A stretch of DNA of 53,376 nucleotides from Bacilli bacterium (GTDB lineage Bacteria; Bacillota_I; Bacilli_A; RFN20; CAG-826). Below are positions 49,670 through 53,376 of this stretch, piece by piece. The position numbers were made by a program, and so were the translations under genes. Every line of letters begins with the position of its first letter. The stretch's first letter is position 1. Location: positions 2,413-55,788 of the forward strand of contig JALRKT010000005.1 in NCBI GenBank assembly GCA_023268805.1, written 5' to 3'. A model generated the notes under the pieces. That model was given only the letters and a program-made list of their open reading frames with translations, was not told the origin of the DNA and made no database searches.

Positions 49670-50230
49670 ATGCTAAAAAAACAATTACAAGAGTATATTC
49701 CATTTAATGAGCAGGAAGCATTCGATCGCCAAGCAATGCTAATGTTTATCGATCGAAACCCTGATTATTTATTAAGAAGTAATTCGATTGCCCATGTCAC
49801 ATCGAGTTCAATTGTTGTCAATCCATCCATGGATAGGATTTTATTTGCCTATCACAATCTTTACCAATCTTGGGGTTGGTTGGGTGGCCATAATGATGGG
49901 GATGAGGACTGCCTCCGTGTGGCAATAAAAGAAACAACTGAAGAAACCGGCGTTACCAAGTTGAAACCATATTCAAACGATATCTTTATGATTGAAACCA
50001 TTATGGTGCCTAATCACATAAAAAAAGGAAAACATGTCTCTGATCATCTGCACCTTAATATCACGTATTTATTAATCGCAGATGAAAAAGAAACGTTGGT
50101 GATCAACCATGAGGAAAACTCGAATGTCGCATGGTTTACCTTTGAGGAAGCTTTGCAAAAAGTGACGGAACCACACATGATTCCAATTTATAAAAAAGCA
50201 CTGAAAAAAATTGAAAAATTATTGGGTTGA
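49670..50230 (+). CDS. NUDIX hydrolase
   Basis: HVTSS, GGHNDGDEDCLRVAIKETTEETG Nudix box, HLHLN; start 49661 or 49670. Confidence 0.9.
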   Translation: MLKKQLQEYIPFNEQEAFDRQAMLMFIDRNPDYLLRSNSIAHVTSSSIVVNPSMDRILFAYHNLYQSWGWLGGHNDGDEDCLRVAIKETTEETGVTKLKPYSNDIFMIETIMVPNHIKKGKHVSDHLHLNITYLLIADEKETLVINHEENSNVAWFTFEEALQKVTEPHMIPIYKKALKKIEKLLG

Positions 50231-51376
50231 TGTCGTTTTTTCCAGTTGTTTTAATAGCACTAGATTAACGATATTAATGATGACGATAAAACCATAGATG
50301 GGTAATGTCGATCCAAACAAATCAAGCACCGCACCAGAAAACAGCGTTCCTAATACAGCAGCAACACCATAAGCAGTAAACAATGTGCCATAAAGATGAG
50401 CATAATTGTGCGCACCAAATAATTTTTTGACGGCCAGGGGGGCAATAGCAACCCAACTCCCAAGACCAAACCAAAAGAAACCATAATTCAACGCGAATAA
50501 GACGGGCAGCTGACCTTGATTGAAGAATGCAATCAAACCAGACAACGCGATTAATACCAGCGATAAAGTCCCAGCAAAAAAGATATTTTTCTTATCAATA
50601 ATCCATCCAAACAAAGGCCTTGCTAACGCGTTTGCCACCGCAAAAATCGTTAAAAGACCCGCCACGAAAACACCGTCATAATCATAACTTAATACCCCAA
50701 TGCGATATGTTAAGCCGATGATCATTAAACCACTGATTAAACTGAACAAGAAAAGTCCATAAAGAAGACGAAAACTTCCCTTTGAAATCGGTGTTGCCGG
50801 ACGAGAGCGACCTTCTAAAGCGAGGACAGGCTGAATGAGAAAAGGAACCGTTAAGAAAAACACACCAAGAGAAATGAAAAACAACACCATAAACATGGAA
50901 GACAAAGGTCCATTGAGAAGTAAAAACTCAATTAATGGGGCCATAATCACACTTGAGAATCCAAAACCTAATAGTACTAATCCAGAAAAGAAACCGATTC
51001 GATCGGGAAATGTTTGGTTTATGACAAACAAAGGTACACCATAAATTAATCCAACACCTGTACCAACGAGTACCCCATACGATAATGTTAATGTGAAAAT
51101 ATTTACCGCCAAACTGGATAAAATGAGACCGAGCATAAAACTAACAGCCCCTAAAATGACAATCGCACGTTGATGTTTTTTAATTAATTTTCCTGCGATC
51201 AACATCGAGGTCGAATACGAGACAAGGCTGAACATATAAGGAAGCCCACTTTCAGTCGCGGAAACGTTAAATTCCGACTCCACGGAAACGCGAATTATAC
51301 TCCACGAATAAACTGACCCTAGCATGAGCATGACAAGGATCGAAGCGGCGATGAACCAAGAGCGTTTCTTAAACAT
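50219..51376 (-). CDS. MFS transporter, OFA/oxalate-formate antiporter-like
   Basis: 12 TM segments, LGSVYSWS, YGVLVGTGVG, FPDR.G, NALARP.FG.I.DK, FG..NY...YG.LFTAYG. Confidence 0.88.
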   Translation of the reverse strand: MFKKRSWFIAASILVMLMLGSVYSWSIIRVSVESEFNVSATESGLPYMFSLVSYSTSMLIAGKLIKKHQRAIVILGAVSFMLGLILSSLAVNIFTLTLSYGVLVGTGVGLIYGVPLFVINQTFPDRIGFFSGLVLLGFGFSSVIMAPLIEFLLLNGPLSSMFMVLFFISLGVFFLTVPFLIQPVLALEGRSRPATPISKGSFRLLYGLFLFSLISGLMIIGLTYRIGVLSYDYDGVFVAGLLTIFAVANALARPLFGWIIDKKNIFFAGTLSLVLIALSGLIAFFNQGQLPVLFALNYGFFWFGLGSWVAIAPLAVKKLFGAHNYAHLYGTLFTAYGVAAVLGTLFSGAVLDLFGSTLPIYGFIVIINIVNLVLLKQLEKTTSTQ

Positions 51377-51436
51377 ATGTCTATTTTAGCGAAAGATGTT
51401 AAAACCGCAACACCAAATTTGTGGAATAATGAGGGT

Positions 51437-51933
51437 GTGAACAAAGATACTTTATCCTACATAAATAGTCTAGAAAACGACAAAAAGTCATGGTTTATTC
51501 AAGTTTTTAGTGAGATTAAAAAGCTGATGCCTCTTGAAATTGAAGAAGGATTTCAGTATGGAATGCCCTCGTTTTATGTATCCTTTAAAACGTATCCGAA
51601 AGGGTATCATGTTGGGAAACATATTCCTTTACCCTTCATTGCCCTTGCGTATCAAAAGCATTATTTGGCAGTTTATTTTATGCCCTGGATGACAGAACTA
51701 ACGTTAAGCCATGACTTTAAAACTGACTATGCCATACGGACGGGAAAAAAGCTTAATGCAGGAAAAGTGTGTTTGCGGTTTCGTCGACCGGATGATTTGC
51801 CTATGGAATGGTTAAAAAAGTAGTAACGAGTGTTTCGGTGAAGGAATGGATCGAACGTTATGAAAAATCAGTGCGTGTTAGAGATCGTAAATCTCGGAAA
51901 ACTTCGTCTCAAGATAATCACAGTAATACGTAG
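51437..51933 (+). CDS. DUF1801 family protein, interrupted by a -1 frameshift at 51814-51820 (frame 0 stops at 51823)
   Basis: YGMPSFYV...YP.GYH, PLPFIALA.QKHYLAVY, GKVCLRF; family-like tail VSVKEWIERYE lies in the -1 frame. Confidence 0.72.
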
Positions 51934-53376
51934 GGTTTAAGTCTTCTTTCGTCACTTTCTTTAAGAGCACAAACGGGGGATAAAGTTTGCCAAAACGATA
52001 AATTTTTTCAGCGAACCATTCTCGAATGGGGATGAGATTTTTACTCTTAATTGTTTCCTCAAGCGACACATCTTTTTCCATCGTTTTAAGCAATTGAATT
52101 GATATCGCATTGCCCAATGCATATGAGGGGAAGTAACCAAAAGCACCTCCAGACCAATGGACGTCTTGTAAACATCCTTCTGCGTTAGTCGTTGGCGTAA
52201 TTCCTAAATACTCGGTGTAAAGTCGGTTCCATGCTTGGGGAAGATCGTTTACTTTTAAAGTTCCTGCGATCAGTTGTTTTTCAAGTTCATAACGGACCAT
52301 AATATGAAGACTGTACGTTAATTCATCGGCCTCTACGCGAATAAACGATGTTTGTACTTCATTGATAGCCTGATAAAATTCCCTTTCGGTGACATCGTGG
52401 AATTGATTTGGGAATTTCTTTTTTAAATCAGGAAACACAACATGTGTGAATGTTTTTGACCGACTAATGACGTTTTCATAAAAACGGGATTGTGATTCAT
52501 GGATTGACATCGCTGCACCATGACCAAGTAATGTGCCCTTTACTTTTTTTCCTAAATTTTGTTCGTAAATGCCGTGACCGCCTTCGTGAGCGGTGGAATA
52601 AATATTGGAAACAAAGTTATTTTCATAGATGCGCGTGGTAACCCGAACATCATTGGGAGAGATCTCGCTGGTGAAAGGGTGAACCGATTCTGATAAAGCG
52701 CCACGATCCAAGTCATACCCTAAGAAAGTAAGTAAGTCTTTGGCATACGCTAATTGTTCATGTTTGGGGAAGGAGCGGGACATAAAATCATTGCGAATGT
52801 TGATGTTGGATTGTTGAATCTTTTTAAGCAATGGAACAATCCGAGCTTTTAAGGTGGCAAAAAAATGATCTAGCTTTTCAATGGTATTTCCTTCTTCATA
52901 ATCATCAAGAAGTTGATTATAAAGAGGACCATCAACCGTTTTTGTGAGTTGAGTAAATTTGCGCGTATAGGTTAAGATTCGTTCTAAAAAGGGTGCATAG
53001 GCTGCAAAATCATTGGCAGCTTTAGCGTTTTCCCACGCGACTTGGGCTTGTGACAGTAAAATGGCGTAATCTTGGTAGTCTTTAGCGTCAATTTTCTTTA
53101 ATTTTTCAATATTTTTACGTTCAAGGTAGACAATACGTTGCGTTTCCGGACTTAAATCGTCATACACCGCTTCTAAATCCGTTAAGAGTTTGTCGTAGTG
53201 TTCTGAATTGTTATGTTTGAAGTCCTCTAAAGCAAAATAACCCATAGCTTCCGAACGCTCATTGACGGCATCTTTGTTTTTGGGGGCGACAGTTTGAGCA
53301 TCAAAACTTGCTACATTCGTCACGTAACTCATCGCTCGATTTTTTTGCTGATGAATTTCAAACGCCTTTAATAAAC
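51878..53376 (-). CDS. M32 family carboxypeptidase (5' end outside the window)
   Basis: HPF, HEGGH zinc motif, HESQSRF, IRVEADE, QDVHW, GYFPSYALG; frame open to the window edge. Confidence 0.93.
   Translation of the reverse strand, partial: LLKAFEIHQQKNRAMSYVTNVASFDAQTVAPKNKDAVNERSEAMGYFALEDFKHNNSEHYDKLLTDLEAVYDDLSPETQRIVYLERKNIEKLKKIDAKDYQDYAILLSQAQVAWENAKAANDFAAYAPFLERILTYTRKFTQLTKTVDGPLYNQLLDDYEEGNTIEKLDHFFATLKARIVPLLKKIQQSNINIRNDFMSRSFPKHEQLAYAKDLLTFLGYDLDRGALSESVHPFTSEISPNDVRVTTRIYENNFVSNIYSTAHEGGHGIYEQNLGKKVKGTLLGHGAAMSIHESQSRFYENVISRSKTFTHVVFPDLKKKFPNQFHDVTEREFYQAINEVQTSFIRVEADELTYSLHIMVRYELEKQLIAGTLKVNDLPQAWNRLYTEYLGITPTTNAEGCLQDVHWSGGAFGYFPSYALGNAISIQLLKTMEKDVSLEETIKSKNLIPIREWFAEKIYRFGKLYPPFVLLKKVTKEDLNPTYYCDYLETKFSEIYDL

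Overview
Replication-origin region of a low-GC Bacillota chromosome, probably Mollicutes-related Bacilli (Acholeplasmatales/Izemoplasmatales/RFN20-like, inferred from protein style). It uses genetic code 11: TGA is a stop in yaaA, serS and rsmF. Bases 1-13 kb hold the conserved jag-yidC-rnpA-rpmH / oriC / dnaA-dnaN-yaaA-recF-gyrB-gyrA-serS-tadA block, with DnaA-box clusters and a DnaA-trio unwinding element. Bases 13-34 kb hold lipoproteins, mscL, tldD/tldE, rpmE, metG, a sugar ABC transporter plus amylosucrase-like operon with LacI-type operators, an uncharacterised RCK/RyR-like membrane gene pair, and rlmD. A ~2.7 kb AT-rich islet with no recombinase gene is integrated in the rlmD 3' end. 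The displaced rlmD tail is visible at 36650-36688, att-like repeats sit inside both ends, and the cargo is a secreted protein plus a lipoprotein. Bases 36.7-53 kb are a patchwork of small enzyme genes, including a Streptomyces-type class I HMG-CoA reductase next to HMG-CoA synthase. Other notable signals: about a dozen genes have a -10 box only 6-9 nt before the ATG and no usable Shine-Dalgarno (leaderless-type); three divergent gene pairs share one overlapping -10 octamer; a DUF1801 gene is split at an A_AAA_AAG slippery site; a candidate attenuator/ncRNA lies at ~18.8-18.95 kb. No rRNA, tRNA, CRISPR array, transposase or integrase was seen. All family calls come from motif recognition by eye, not database searches.
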